Source: a virus. Taken from it: 64,000 nucleotides of DNA. The notes beneath the pieces are model-generated. The model saw only the letters and a program-made list of their open reading frames with translations, searched no databases and was not told the DNA's origin. A program made the position numbers and the translations under genes. Positions within the stretch are counted from its first letter, which is position 1, and every line of letters starts with the position of its first letter. The DNA is taken from positions 96,001-160,000 of the IMG/VR virus record IMGVR_UViG_3300032246_001180, one strand, 5' to 3'. Below are positions 8,697 through 17,270 of this stretch, one piece after another.

Positions 8697-8876
8697 AAAC
8701 AGTTTATTTGGTTAAATCTGGTCAATATGATGCCAATATTGGTACGACCGATTGGTTGAATCTCCGTGCTTTTACTGATAGTGAAAAAGCCCACGCATGG
8801 GTTGAATCGGAAATTAAACGGGATCCAAGTTTTAATGAAAATTTTGATTCTTATCAAATTGAGGATATAACAGTAT

Positions 8877-9068
8877 ATGACTAATAAAGAATTGGTTGAT
8901 AGATTGACAAAAGCACAGGCGTTGCTTTCTGATGTATATCATTGGGCAAGCGAACAACAACCTGGTCTTTTGGTGAGAAATAGTGAAGTGGCCAGCCAAA
9001 TGAGTTGTGCCGACTCTTGTATTATTGATGCGCTTGACGCATTGGATTGGAATAGGGGAATTGAGTAA
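8877..9068 (+). CDS. hypothetical protein
   Basis: GAGGA SD; packed in operon. Confidence 0.6.
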   Translation: MTNKELVDRLTKAQALLSDVYHWASEQQPGLLVRNSEVASQMSCADSCIIDALDALDWNRGIE

Positions 9069-9307
9069 TGTCTAGAATGTCTGATTTGCACCTACAAATT
9101 GCTGATTTGTTGGATGAAGGTTATAAGGCGACCACGGTTGCCGCCATGTTGCAGGTACCAGTAGATATGGTGCATGATGTAATGGTGATGGTCGAAGAAG
9201 GCCAGGACGATTATTATGACGAAGGCGGTGAAACCGATGACGCTTGGGCTCTGCAAAGTGCAGGTTTTGGAACTGATGAGGATTATGGATATTATGGCGA
9301 TGAATAA
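9068..9307 (+). CDS. small HTH-like acidic protein
   Basis: EGYKATTVAAMLQVPVDMV; acidic tail. Confidence 0.6.
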   Translation: MSRMSDLHLQIADLLDEGYKATTVAAMLQVPVDMVHDVMVMVEEGQDDYYDEGGETDDAWALQSAGFGTDEDYGYYGDE

Positions 9308-9524
9308 AGAATATACAATCAGCGGATTAACCAAATCTCAAGTTGTGTTGCTCGACACAATGTGGGATATTGACGGCTATGATGAATACCTTGAATGGAA
9401 ATCAAAACTCAATATCAGTACCTTGCGTATGGTTGAAGTTTTTGAAGAAATGTTGATGTTGGCTGATATCGATGATGTTGATAATCTGGAACAAGCACAA
9501 AAAGTAATAGAATCAATTAAATGA
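9300..9524 (+). CDS. hypothetical protein
   Basis: ATG overlapping the upstream gene end. Confidence 0.6.
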   Translation: MNKEYTISGLTKSQVVLLDTMWDIDGYDEYLEWKSKLNISTLRMVEVFEEMLMLADIDDVDNLEQAQKVIESIK

Positions 9525-9694
9525 TTGCTCTATGGATTATTCTTGGCCTGTTCGCCTTTGAATTGATTGGCGGACTTATTGTAACGCTATGTCTTAGGAA
9601 ATGGGGAGTTTATGGACAAGGCTAATGCCATTTATTGTGTAACGATTATAGCGTTACTGTCTTTCCATTTGATATCTCAAAATGTGGTGGTAAT

Positions 9695-9841
9695 ATGAAC
9701 GAAAAAAAAGAAATAGATTGCCCATCATGTGGTGGTGGTTGGTTTATGGATTTGGATGAAGAAGGAAAACCTTACACTTGTTTTTGTTGTTGCAACGGCA
9801 CAATAAAATGTTTTGAAGGCGAGGACGAAGATGAGTCTTGA
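9695..9841 (+). CDS. small Zn-finger-like protein
   Basis: CPSCGGG...CFCCCNG. Confidence 0.5.
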   Translation: MNEKKEIDCPSCGGGWFMDLDEEGKPYTCFCCCNGTIKCFEGEDEDES

Positions 9842-10172
9842 TGTTGATTTGATGGTCGTTAAACCTGTATCGGTTTATAGTGCTAACATTACGCACAATC
9901 TTGGTAAAATGGCCGATGCTGTTGTTTTTGACAACGGCGTGACCTTGTATCATATTCTATGGCGACCTGAAGAAAAAGAATTTTACTTTGCTAAAGATAT
10001 TGTGGACTTTCTATACATTGCATGGAAAGAATTGATTTCTTATCCTGATGAATACAAACAATTCAATCCAGAAAATGGTTGGGGTTCTTATGATGGTTTG
10101 GTTAATTTCGTAAAGAACTACCATGCCGCTTGTATGGAAAATTTAGATGCTGAAATAAAGGTGTGTCGATGA
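9831..10172 (+). CDS. conserved phage hypothetical protein
   Basis: MSLDV..ANITHNL..NPENGWGSY. Confidence 0.7.
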   Translation: MSLDVDLMVVKPVSVYSANITHNLGKMADAVVFDNGVTLYHILWRPEEKEFYFAKDIVDFLYIAWKELISYPDEYKQFNPENGWGSYDGLVNFVKNYHAACMENLDAEIKVCR

Positions 10173-10597
10173 GTGAATATAGACCGAATCGATGGTTGGT
10201 CGTAAAGATTAACAGTAATGAACCACACTACCGTGTATTTGCTACATGGAGTGGTGGATATCTTGATGGTGATGAATGGAAACTAAATTCAGGCATCACC
10301 AAAGTATCTTTGATTGATAACTGTTATCATTTTGAAGGTAGTTCTGGTTCTGTGTATATCTGCCGTAAAACTTCGTATGGCTCAACTGGTTATGGTTGGA
10401 GTGTTTTGGATAGATTGAAAACCAATTTTGTCAAGGAAGATATGGGCACCATTGAAGTGTTGGATGAAAATATTGATTTTCTAACATTAGATTATGCCTG
10501 TGATATACACAATGATAAAGGTTACCAAGTTGGCACATTAGCAGATGCTGATGCCTTTGCTGAACAACGGAAAAAATCATGGAAAATAACCGATTGA
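10169..10597 (+). CDS. conserved phage hypothetical protein
   Basis: WSGGYLDGDEWKLNSGI; GSSGSVY. Confidence 0.7.
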   Translation: MSEYRPNRWLVVKINSNEPHYRVFATWSGGYLDGDEWKLNSGITKVSLIDNCYHFEGSSGSVYICRKTSYGSTGYGWSVLDRLKTNFVKEDMGTIEVLDENIDFLTLDYACDIHNDKGYQVGTLADADAFAEQRKKSWKITD

Positions 10598-10761
10598 ATC
10601 GTTTGTTGCTTTCTCTTTTAGGCAAAGAAGAATTGGTAGACCAATGGTGGGATAGCCCAAACTTGGCATTTGAATCAAAAACACCAAAACAAATGTTTGC
10701 CTTGCAACCACAAATGGTGATAAACTATATCTTAGGACAATTCAACGGAGATTATCTATGA
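10579..10761 (+). CDS. stand-alone Xre/MbcA/ParS antitoxin C-terminal-like domain (DUF2384-like)
   Basis: LLG.EELVDQWWDSPNLAFESKTP. Confidence 0.55.
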   Translation: MENNRLNRLLLSLLGKEELVDQWWDSPNLAFESKTPKQMFALQPQMVINYILGQFNGDYL

Positions 10762-10952
10762 GTGATGATGTGCATTTTTTAGTTGGTAAAACACCAGAAG
10801 GCCAAACTGTATTGAGAATTGGTGGTAGTGTTTCCACGACTTTAACTATGGGTCAAATATCCACGGTTGATTTGATTAGACTTTTAGTGGCCACACTTGA
10901 TGATGATAAATGGGCGTTTACTATTCAAATTGAACCAAAGGAAAAACTATGA
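10758..10952 (+). CDS. hypothetical protein
   Basis: GGAG SD; ATGA overlaps. Confidence 0.6.
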   Translation: MSDDVHFLVGKTPEGQTVLRIGGSVSTTLTMGQISTVDLIRLLVATLDDDKWAFTIQIEPKEKL

Positions 10953-11158
10953 ACGAACGAATTCGACTACTTGCCATTTCAACGGGGATATTTGATTCAT
11001 TGTGCGATCCATTCGATGAATTAAAGAATGGCGATTGTTATAGTTCGGTGATAATTGATTTGGAAAAGTTCGCCGAGTTGATTGTGCGAGAGTGTGCATC
11101 ACTAGCCTATGATGGACCTGGTGGTATTCTGGATCACTTTGGGTTAGTTGAAGAATGA
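10949..11158 (+). CDS. hypothetical protein (MNERI paralog family)
   Basis: MNERIRLLA...EKFAELIVRECA. Confidence 0.7.
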   Translation: MNERIRLLAISTGIFDSLCDPFDELKNGDCYSSVIIDLEKFAELIVRECASLAYDGPGGILDHFGLVEE

Positions 11159-11496
11159 ACGAACGATTTAAAAATTTGGCAGAACGGACAGGTTTCATGT
11201 TTTGGCAAAATGAGGAATGGAAACCTGAAGGCGCCGTGATTGATTGGGCGGCCAATTATGATAAAGAATTTGAAGAATATTCAAAACTGTTGGTTGCCGA
11301 ATGTGCTCGAGTTGCTCGAAAATACATTTTAGACACAACGGGCGCTGGCAATCGATATGGTGGAACTGTATTTGTAGAAGAAGAAATACGCAAAACCTTT
11401 GGTCTGGAACACACAGGGAGCGCTCCCCAAGCGTCTGGAAACGATTCTATGCACCAGTCTGGCGCCCATTCACTCACGCCACCATGGGAATGTTGA
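11155..11496 (+). CDS. hypothetical protein (MNERI paralog family)
   Basis: MNERFKNLA...LLVAECA...IRKTFG. Confidence 0.65.
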   Translation: MNERFKNLAERTGFMFWQNEEWKPEGAVIDWAANYDKEFEEYSKLLVAECARVARKYILDTTGAGNRYGGTVFVEEEIRKTFGLEHTGSAPQASGNDSMHQSGAHSLTPPWEC

Positions 11497-11498
11497 AC

Positions 11499-11559
11499 TG
11501 TTGTTTTTTTACAACAACATGGAAATAACGCTTGACTATTTCTACCAGACCTGTATAAT
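11499..11559 (+). promoter_or_regulatory. TGTTG-N8-CAACA palindrome plus sigma70 promoter
   Basis: palindrome 11499-11516; TTGACT(11532)-N16-TATAAT. Confidence 0.85.
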
Positions 11560-11589
11560 GGACTCTATTAATTCACTGGAGAAATCAAT

Positions 11590-11925
11590 ATGATGTTGGT
11601 CATTCGCACACAAATTCACGAAAATTACGCTTGGGTTGATGGTGAAATCCAAACTGGTTCTGGTGCCTATTGGAAAGCCAAAGGCGGAACAGAATACAAA
11701 ATCAAAAATATTCCGTTGAATGTTGATTATGATGCTATTGTAGAAATGGCAAATGTTGAGCGTGCTGATGATTATTTCATGGAGCACGTTGTTGATTGGT
11801 CTATCGAACCAGACGATTATTTGAGCTGGTTTGAAAAGAGCCAATTGGATTATGAAGGCGATATTGAATATGCTGAGCCATCGGTGGATTATTCTGAATT
11901 GAAAAATGTAGGAGTTGCAGCATGA
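11590..11925 (+). CDS. conserved phage hypothetical protein
   Basis: GGAG SD; TQ..ENY..YWKAKGG. Confidence 0.75.
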   Translation: MMLVIRTQIHENYAWVDGEIQTGSGAYWKAKGGTEYKIKNIPLNVDYDAIVEMANVERADDYFMEHVVDWSIEPDDYLSWFEKSQLDYEGDIEYAEPSVDYSELKNVGVAA

Positions 11926-12107
11926 GTCGAATTAAAGATATGTTAATGGATATTCAAGAATTGTATCATAGTGGCATGAAATCTCAAGACATTGCAGAAA
12001 TTTTAAATGTAAGTACCACTTTGGTAAATGATGCAATTTATAATTTTTGTGGTGTTACAAAAAAATACAAATACTATAAAGGTGAGGAAATTGGAAGTAA
12101 TGATTGA
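11922..12107 (+). CDS. small HTH-like protein
   Basis: SGMKSQDIAEILNVSTTLV. Confidence 0.55.
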   Translation: MSRIKDMLMDIQELYHSGMKSQDIAEILNVSTTLVNDAIYNFCGVTKKYKYYKGEEIGSND

Positions 12108-12266
12108 TTGGAAAACTTATGCTTGCCGTTCTTTTGATGGAGATTTCCATTTCATTGGTGGTGAAGATGTGCAAGATGCAATAGAATCTTATAAAAGAGT
12201 TTTACCCAACAAAAAAATAGAATCAGTTTATTTGTTGGTTTGGCAAGATGAACAGGAAGATGAATA

Positions 12267-12656
12267 ATGGAAATTGTTAAAGAAATTACGGTGTGGGATT
12301 CTGAATTCCAACCAAATCATACTTATTTGCTTTCTGACAAAGGCAAGATTATTGCTTATGCTAAAAATCATGGTGATGAAGTATTTGTATCACCATCAGG
12401 TAATATTCCACTCAATAAAAGTCGCCGTAAATTTGTAAACTCAAAACACGCCGCTCTGATGGAAATAATGAAATCGGTTTCTGTGCCGTCTTCTGTTAAT
12501 CCTAAATGGAAAGTCGAATCGGATTCTGGTAAGACTTACACCGTGGAATTGGTAAGTGGTAAATACACCTGCACCTGCACAGGTTACACTTACCGCTCGA
12601 AATGCAAACACTCCGACTCTGTTGCAAAAAAACAACAACTTGAAAATATCGCTTGA
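12267..12656 (+). CDS. SWIM zinc-finger protein
   Basis: YTV...CTCTGYTYRSKCKH. Confidence 0.75.
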   Translation: MEIVKEITVWDSEFQPNHTYLLSDKGKIIAYAKNHGDEVFVSPSGNIPLNKSRRKFVNSKHAALMEIMKSVSVPSSVNPKWKVESDSGKTYTVELVSGKYTCTCTGYTYRSKCKHSDSVAKKQQLENIA

Positions 12657-12680
12657 CATTTGCCGTGGTACCTGTATAAT
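12620..12680 (+). promoter_or_regulatory. TGTTG-N8-CAACA palindrome plus sigma70 promoter
   Basis: palindrome 12620-12637; TTGACA(12653)-N16-TATAAT. Confidence 0.9.
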
Positions 12681-12709
12681 GGTACACTCTTAACTGATAA
12701 AGGACGATT

Positions 12710-12928
12710 ATGAAATTGCCGTTGGCTGACATTAAAGTGTATGATAAAGAACCACAATTCATCAAAAACCCGTTTTCTGGTGAAGGTTGTATGTTGACAC
12801 CTGAAGCAATCGCTGTATATGATACATTGCGTGGTTGTGAGATGTTTGGTGATTATAAAGGTTTGCGTAAATGCCTTGATTGGTTTCGTAAATACTTTCC
12901 GCAAGAATACATGGTTTTACTAGATTAA
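12710..12928 (+). CDS. conserved phage hypothetical protein
   Basis: AAGGA SD; NPFSGE...AVYD...DWFRK..P.EYMVLLD. Confidence 0.75.
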   Translation: MKLPLADIKVYDKEPQFIKNPFSGEGCMLTPEAIAVYDTLRGCEMFGDYKGLRKCLDWFRKYFPQEYMVLLD

Positions 12929-12929
12929 A

Positions 12930-13076
12930 ATGGAAAAGAAAAAAACAAAAAAAACTAGAACACATTATGTTCTGTTTTGTATGAACACTCCGTTTAAACC
13001 AAAACGGGTTGAAAGCAAGGTCGCCTATAAACGGCGTGATAAACACAAAGTGAAGAAAGTTTTAGATTATGAATAA
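12930..13076 (+). CDS. small basic protein, ArfA (ribosome rescue factor)-like; not in ORF track
   Basis: 48 aa MEKKKTKKTRTHYVLFCMNTPFKPKRVESKVAYKRRDKHKVKKVLDYE; fills the gap between neighbours. Confidence 0.55.
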   Translation: MEKKKTKKTRTHYVLFCMNTPFKPKRVESKVAYKRRDKHKVKKVLDYE

Positions 13077-14232
13077 AAATGCAAAAGCATTCATTGTTGC
13101 TGCAGAATCACTCTTTGGTGAAAATTCGGTATTGACCCGTGATGAAATCACCAAAGTTTGTAATGAATCGGCCGCTCCATATCCTTACTGGCTTGTAACA
13201 AAAGCTGAGTATCGTTCTGGTCGTGGTTCTTATCGTGTCCCTAGTTCAGGAGAAAAAGTAGTGAAAAAATCTGTAGCACCAGTTGAAGAAATGGAAACCG
13301 AAGTAGCATATGCTCAAGTTGTTCATTTGCGCCAACCAAAGTTGGTAGATGAATCTGATTCGGCCGTTCCATCAAAATTCCCTGATTATGTGCCATTTGG
13401 TTTTTTCAAAGACCTTAAAGGTATCATTCAATCTCGACAATTTTATCCTGTGTTTGTTACTGGACTTTCAGGCAACGGCAAAACCTTGATGGTTGAGCAA
13501 GTGTGTGCAGATTTGCAACGTGAATGTATCCGTATCAACATTTCTATCGAAACAGATGAAACAGATTTGTTGGGTGGTTTTGCTTTGATTGATGGTAATA
13601 CAGTTTATCGTGATGGTCCTATTCTTCAAGCAATGAAGCGTGGTGCAGTTTGTTTGATTGACGAAGTTGACCGTGGTTCAAATAAACTTATGTGTTTGCA
13701 AGGTATCATGGAAGGCAAACCACACTATAACAAGAAAACTGGCGAAATGGTTTATCCAAAACAAGGATTTACCGTGATTGCTACTGCAAACACCAAAGGT
13801 CGTGGTAGTGATGAAGGCAAGTATCTTTCACAGATTCTTGATGATGCATTTCTTGAGCGTTTTCCAATTACTGTTGAACAGGAATATCCTGATGCACGAA
13901 CAGAAAAGAAAATTCTAAAACCATTGCTTAACGACCAAGATTTCGTAGAACATTTGGTTCAATGGGCTGATGTAGTTCGTAAATCATACCAAGAAGGTGC
14001 GACTGACGAAATTATCTCTACTCGCCGTCTTGTGCATATTGCCAAAGCATATGGAATTTTCAATGACCGTATGAAAGCAATTACATTGTGTGTCAATCGT
14101 TTTGATGAAGAAACGAAAATGGCATTTCTAGATTTGTATTCTAAAGTTGACGCCTCTGTAGCATCGCCTGCGAATACAAGTACCACTACCGTTACTACGG
14201 ATCCATCCGCAACCACGGAAGTACCGTTTTGA
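13069..14232 (+). CDS. cobS: MoxR/CbbQ-type AAA+ ATPase (phage CobS-like)
   Basis: GLSGNGKT, LIDEVDR, ATANTKG, AFLERF, ISTRRL; CbbQ-like C-terminus. Confidence 0.85.
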   Translation: MNKNAKAFIVAAESLFGENSVLTRDEITKVCNESAAPYPYWLVTKAEYRSGRGSYRVPSSGEKVVKKSVAPVEEMETEVAYAQVVHLRQPKLVDESDSAVPSKFPDYVPFGFFKDLKGIIQSRQFYPVFVTGLSGNGKTLMVEQVCADLQRECIRINISIETDETDLLGGFALIDGNTVYRDGPILQAMKRGAVCLIDEVDRGSNKLMCLQGIMEGKPHYNKKTGEMVYPKQGFTVIATANTKGRGSDEGKYLSQILDDAFLERFPITVEQEYPDARTEKKILKPLLNDQDFVEHLVQWADVVRKSYQEGATDEIISTRRLVHIAKAYGIFNDRMKAITLCVNRFDEETKMAFLDLYSKVDASVASPANTSTTTVTTDPSATTEVPF

Positions 14233-14257
14233 TTAGTGGTAAACAACCGATTAGGGC

Positions 14258-14286
14258 TTGCCAAACAAGTTCTAATCGTGTATAAT
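14258..14286 (+). promoter_or_regulatory. sigma70 promoter overlapped by a 13-bp hairpin
   Basis: TTGCCA-N17-TATAAT; CGATTAGGGCTTG/CAAGTTCTAATCG. Confidence 0.75.
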
Positions 14287-14341
14287 GGTAGGTGTAGCTG
14301 ATTCATGCTATATTATGTTTAATTTGATAGGAGTATATAAA

Positions 14342-14680
14342 ATGGCTTTAACTGTTCGTAAAGGCAAAATCAATCGCCACGAAAAAATCACCCAAGTGAT
14401 GTTGAGTGGCAAACCTGTAACGCCAGATGAAATCAAATCTGTGTTTGCTGGTACAGACCAAGAAGCGGTCTTGTATCGTTTGTCAACCAACATTTATAAT
14501 ATCCGCAAAGATGGCGGTATCGTAAAAGTTATCAAGAATGGCCGTAAGGTCGAGGCGTATCAGTTGGTTAACTATACAGAGTTTGATGCTAGTGGTCGTT
14601 TCAAAGGCGCAGCCAAAACTGCACCTAAGACTGTTGCACAAGCAGCTGCAATAGTCATGACTGAAACTGTTACAGCGTAA
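14342..14680 (+). CDS. putative winged-helix DNA-binding protein
   Basis: AGGAG SD; basic; RLSTNIYNIRKDG...YQLV pattern. Confidence 0.6.
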   Translation: MALTVRKGKINRHEKITQVMLSGKPVTPDEIKSVFAGTDQEAVLYRLSTNIYNIRKDGGIVKVIKNGRKVEAYQLVNYTEFDASGRFKGAAKTAPKTVAQAAAIVMTETVTA

Positions 14681-14687
14681 GTTCTAC

Positions 14688-14892
14688 GCCATTGTGGAGT
14701 GTGGCTTGTTGTGAAACACCCAATACATTCTACAATGGCACCTCATTAAGTGTTATCAAGGTATCGTTATAGGACGCTATGACTACTCGACAGTTAGGGT
14801 GCGACTGAAACTGTCTGATATAACTGCCACTCGCTCGCCAGTACTAGCTATATTTTTGGCAAATCGGCACGATAACACTTAATGAGGTGTCA
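14688..14892 (+). ncRNA. candidate structured ncRNA bounded by a 19-bp perfect inverted repeat
   Basis: 15-bp hairpin 14688-14739; IR 14739-14757/14871-14889 enclosing three hairpins. Confidence 0.6.
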
Positions 14893-14907
14893 TACATGGA
14901 GAATAAA

Positions 14908-15138
14908 ATGACTGGTTGGCGTAAAAAACAAATTGCAAAATCTGTTGAGTCTGATAATAGTGAATGGAGTATCAGCCAGCAACCTAATGCAGATTGGACT
15001 TACAAATGGAATGATAATGTTGTTTCATTTGAAGAATACAAGAAATTGGTTGCTGACCATGAAGATTTCGTAAAAGAAATTGAACGAAAAAAGTTGGAAG
15101 AAAATAAACCTGTTAAAACCAAAAAGGTTAAGAAATGA
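14908..15138 (+). CDS. hypothetical protein
   Basis: GGAG SD before ATG 14908. Confidence 0.65.
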   Translation: MTGWRKKQIAKSVESDNSEWSISQQPNADWTYKWNDNVVSFEEYKKLVADHEDFVKEIERKKLEENKPVKTKKVKK

Positions 15139-15497
15139 AAGTTGTAATCAATCGTTGTTTTGGTGGTTTTGGCCTGAGTGATGAAGCATTTGAAAAATTG
15201 TTGACTCGTAAAGGCATTCCATTTGAGAAAAAAGAAAGTGGAACTGCCTTTTTGGGTATGTCATACTACGAAGCAGGCCATGCGGGTGATGATGAGTATT
15301 ACCTGAGTGTGTATGCATACAGTTCGGATCGTGCGGATCCGGATTTGATTGCTGTGATTGAAGAAATGGGTGTAGAAGCTGCATCTGGCGGTTGTGCTGA
15401 ATTGTCCATCGTGGAAATTCCTGATGATGTTGAATGGCATATCAGCGAATATGATGGCAGCGAACACGTTGCTGAAAACCATAGGACTTGGTACTAA
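15135..15497 (+). CDS. conserved phage hypothetical protein
   Basis: KVVINRCFGGFGLS...R.DP.LI.V.EE..EIPDDV.W.I.EYDG.E. Confidence 0.8.
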   Translation: MKVVINRCFGGFGLSDEAFEKLLTRKGIPFEKKESGTAFLGMSYYEAGHAGDDEYYLSVYAYSSDRADPDLIAVIEEMGVEAASGGCAELSIVEIPDDVEWHISEYDGSEHVAENHRTWY

Positions 15498-15697
15498 TGA
15501 TTTACGCTCTGATTGTTGTTACTGCCATGGGTGCAACCGAGGCATACCAGTTTTCTAAACTAGATGATTGCAACAAGGCATCTGCCAAAATTGCACAATC
15601 ATTTTGTGCGGAGAAAAAGCCTGTCGATGTGAATGTTGAAATCGACAAAATGTTTGATATTATGAAACGAATGAAAGAAAAAATGGAGTTACTATGA
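15497..15697 (+). CDS. hypothetical protein
   Basis: TAATG coupling. Confidence 0.55.
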   Translation: MIYALIVVTAMGATEAYQFSKLDDCNKASAKIAQSFCAEKKPVDVNVEIDKMFDIMKRMKEKMELL

Positions 15698-15876
15698 GTG
15701 AAATTTCTGATAACACGGAATTGCGTGAAGAATGTTTTGCCTATTTGAACGAACTGCGTGAAAGTGGTGAAACAAATATGTTTGGTGCAGGTGTATACTT
15801 GCAAAGGTACTTTGGCCTCACTCGTTATGAAGCCAAAGATATGGTTCTGGACTGGATGAAAAACTTTAAGGGTTAA
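15694..15876 (+). CDS. conserved phage hypothetical protein
   Basis: LRESGETNMFGA motif. Confidence 0.7.
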   Translation: MSEISDNTELREECFAYLNELRESGETNMFGAGVYLQRYFGLTRYEAKDMVLDWMKNFKG

Positions 15877-15878
15877 TT

Positions 15879-16085
15879 ATGAAGCGAACTGAAAATATTA
15901 CAGGTATTATTTTAAGCCTTGTTTTTCTAGGACTATTCGTTGGTGGCATTTATGGTTGGGTCAACAATATTGTTGTTTTGTTTTCTGGCGCTGATGTATC
16001 ATTGGCATCGATTACACTTCTAACCGTTTTGCGTATCGTTGGTATTTTTGTTCCGCCACTTGGCGCCGTTTTGGGATGGGTCTAA
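15879..16085 (+). CDS. small membrane protein
   Basis: two hydrophobic segments; GWVNNI...RIVGIFVPPLGAVLG. Confidence 0.7.
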   Translation: MKRTENITGIILSLVFLGLFVGGIYGWVNNIVVLFSGADVSLASITLLTVLRIVGIFVPPLGAVLGWV

Positions 16086-16086
16086 T

Positions 16087-16401
16087 ATGAATCACACTTG
16101 GGAAATGAAAGATAGATTTGACTTTGAGCAATGCTTGCTCGAATGTTGGAAAGTTACCGATGAAGTCGGTTTGCTTAACAAGAATGTTTTGGAAGGAAAG
16201 ATTGGTGGTGGTGAAATGACTACTGATGAAATTTCCAATTTTCTGTTAGGAATTGAAACCATCTATAACCACAAATTTGAAACTTTGTGGGATGGATTCG
16301 AAAGAGTGATTATGAATATTGTGAGAGAAAATAAAAATCTCACAGATGAGTGTTCCGCTCTCCGTTCACAATTGGTAGAATCAACGAAAGTAACAGAATG
16401 A
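16087..16401 (+). CDS. hypothetical protein
   Basis: DRFDFEQ...W.VTD. Confidence 0.65.
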   Translation: MNHTWEMKDRFDFEQCLLECWKVTDEVGLLNKNVLEGKIGGGEMTTDEISNFLLGIETIYNHKFETLWDGFERVIMNIVRENKNLTDECSALRSQLVESTKVTE

Positions 16402-16616
16402 AATATATTGCAAAACCTCGCCTTGCCAATAACCTTGGTATGAAAGAATTTGATAACGAACTAGAGGCAGTCCAGTATCTTAACAGCGTCCTAAGCGCTC
16501 AGGAAGGCGATGGAGACCGCTTTGATTACACCTATGTCGTACCCTCGACCTCACCTAAGAAGTTGCGGAAGACTGTGGAGGAATATATGTGGATCGGAAA
16601 ATTGATTGTTGCATAA
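16398..16616 (+). CDS. hypothetical protein
   Basis: ATGA overlap. Confidence 0.6.
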   Translation: MKYIAKPRLANNLGMKEFDNELEAVQYLNSVLSAQEGDGDRFDYTYVVPSTSPKKLRKTVEEYMWIGKLIVA

Positions 16617-16667
16617 AAACAACAACTCAAAAATAATGGTTGACATTCTCCTTGGTTGTGTTATAAT
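16607..16667 (+). promoter_or_regulatory. TGTTG-N8-CAACA palindrome plus sigma70 promoter
   Basis: palindrome 16607-16624; TTGACA(16640)-N16-TATAAT with extended -10 TGn. Confidence 0.9.
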
Positions 16668-16698
16668 GGTATCACCTAATTGAAAAAGGATTTTTATC

Positions 16699-16830
16699 AT
16701 GTTTAACTTTATAGCTGGATGTGTTCTTGGTTTTTGTGTTGCAACAATGGGTTTTGCAGGCTTGGCCGCTAAACTCGACCAAGGCATTGAAACAATTAAA
16801 AGCACTTCTGTTACTGTGGAGAAAAAATAA
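16699..16830 (+). CDS. small membrane protein (not in ORF track)
   Basis: AAGGA SD; MFNFIAGCVLGFCVATMGFAG. Confidence 0.6.
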   Translation: MFNFIAGCVLGFCVATMGFAGLAAKLDQGIETIKSTSVTVEKK

Positions 16831-17132
16831 TGTCAGCCGTTTATGATTACACCGCAAAATTGTGTTCTGCATTAAAAACAAAATACAACAATGCTGGTTA
16901 TAGTTGTATCTCTCACGATTTTATAATCGAAGAAGGCCGCAAGTATTACAAAATTATTGGTGTTGGTGAACATCAACGAAGTGTTCACGCTTTCGTTGAT
17001 AAAAAAAATGGCGATTTGTATAAAGCCGCTTCTTGGGCTGCACCCGCAAAAGGTGTTCGTTATAACTTGATGAACGATTTGGATAATGTCCTCGCCAAAT
17101 GTGATTGGGCAGGTTCTTATCTGTACCGATAA
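16830..17132 (+). CDS. conserved T4-like phage hypothetical protein
   Basis: GRKYYKI..VHAFVDK..G.LYKAASW.APAKGVRY. Confidence 0.8.
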   Translation: MSAVYDYTAKLCSALKTKYNNAGYSCISHDFIIEEGRKYYKIIGVGEHQRSVHAFVDKKNGDLYKAASWAAPAKGVRYNLMNDLDNVLAKCDWAGSYLYR

Positions 17133-17144
17133 TTGGAGATGGAA

Positions 17145-17270
17145 ATGAAAAAACTATTAGTTGTATTTTTGATGTGTATTAGTTTGTGTGCGTGTTCAAC
17201 CGTGTCTGGTGTTGGTAAAGATTTATCATCTGTTGCTGATTGGACAAAAGAAAAAATGGGTGGAAAATAA
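17145..17270 (+). CDS. entericidin EcnA/B-like lipoprotein (not in ORF track)
   Basis: lipobox LCAC, then STVSGVGKDL; 41 aa. Confidence 0.7.
   Translation: MKKLLVVFLMCISLCACSTVSGVGKDLSSVADWTKEKMGGK

Noticed and set aside
14739-14889. SAM-I or cobalamin riboswitch, or a true retron
   Set aside because: Only a superficial ATC-AAG...GAT match; core motifs are missing and no reverse transcriptase is in the window. Kept as an unknown RNA.
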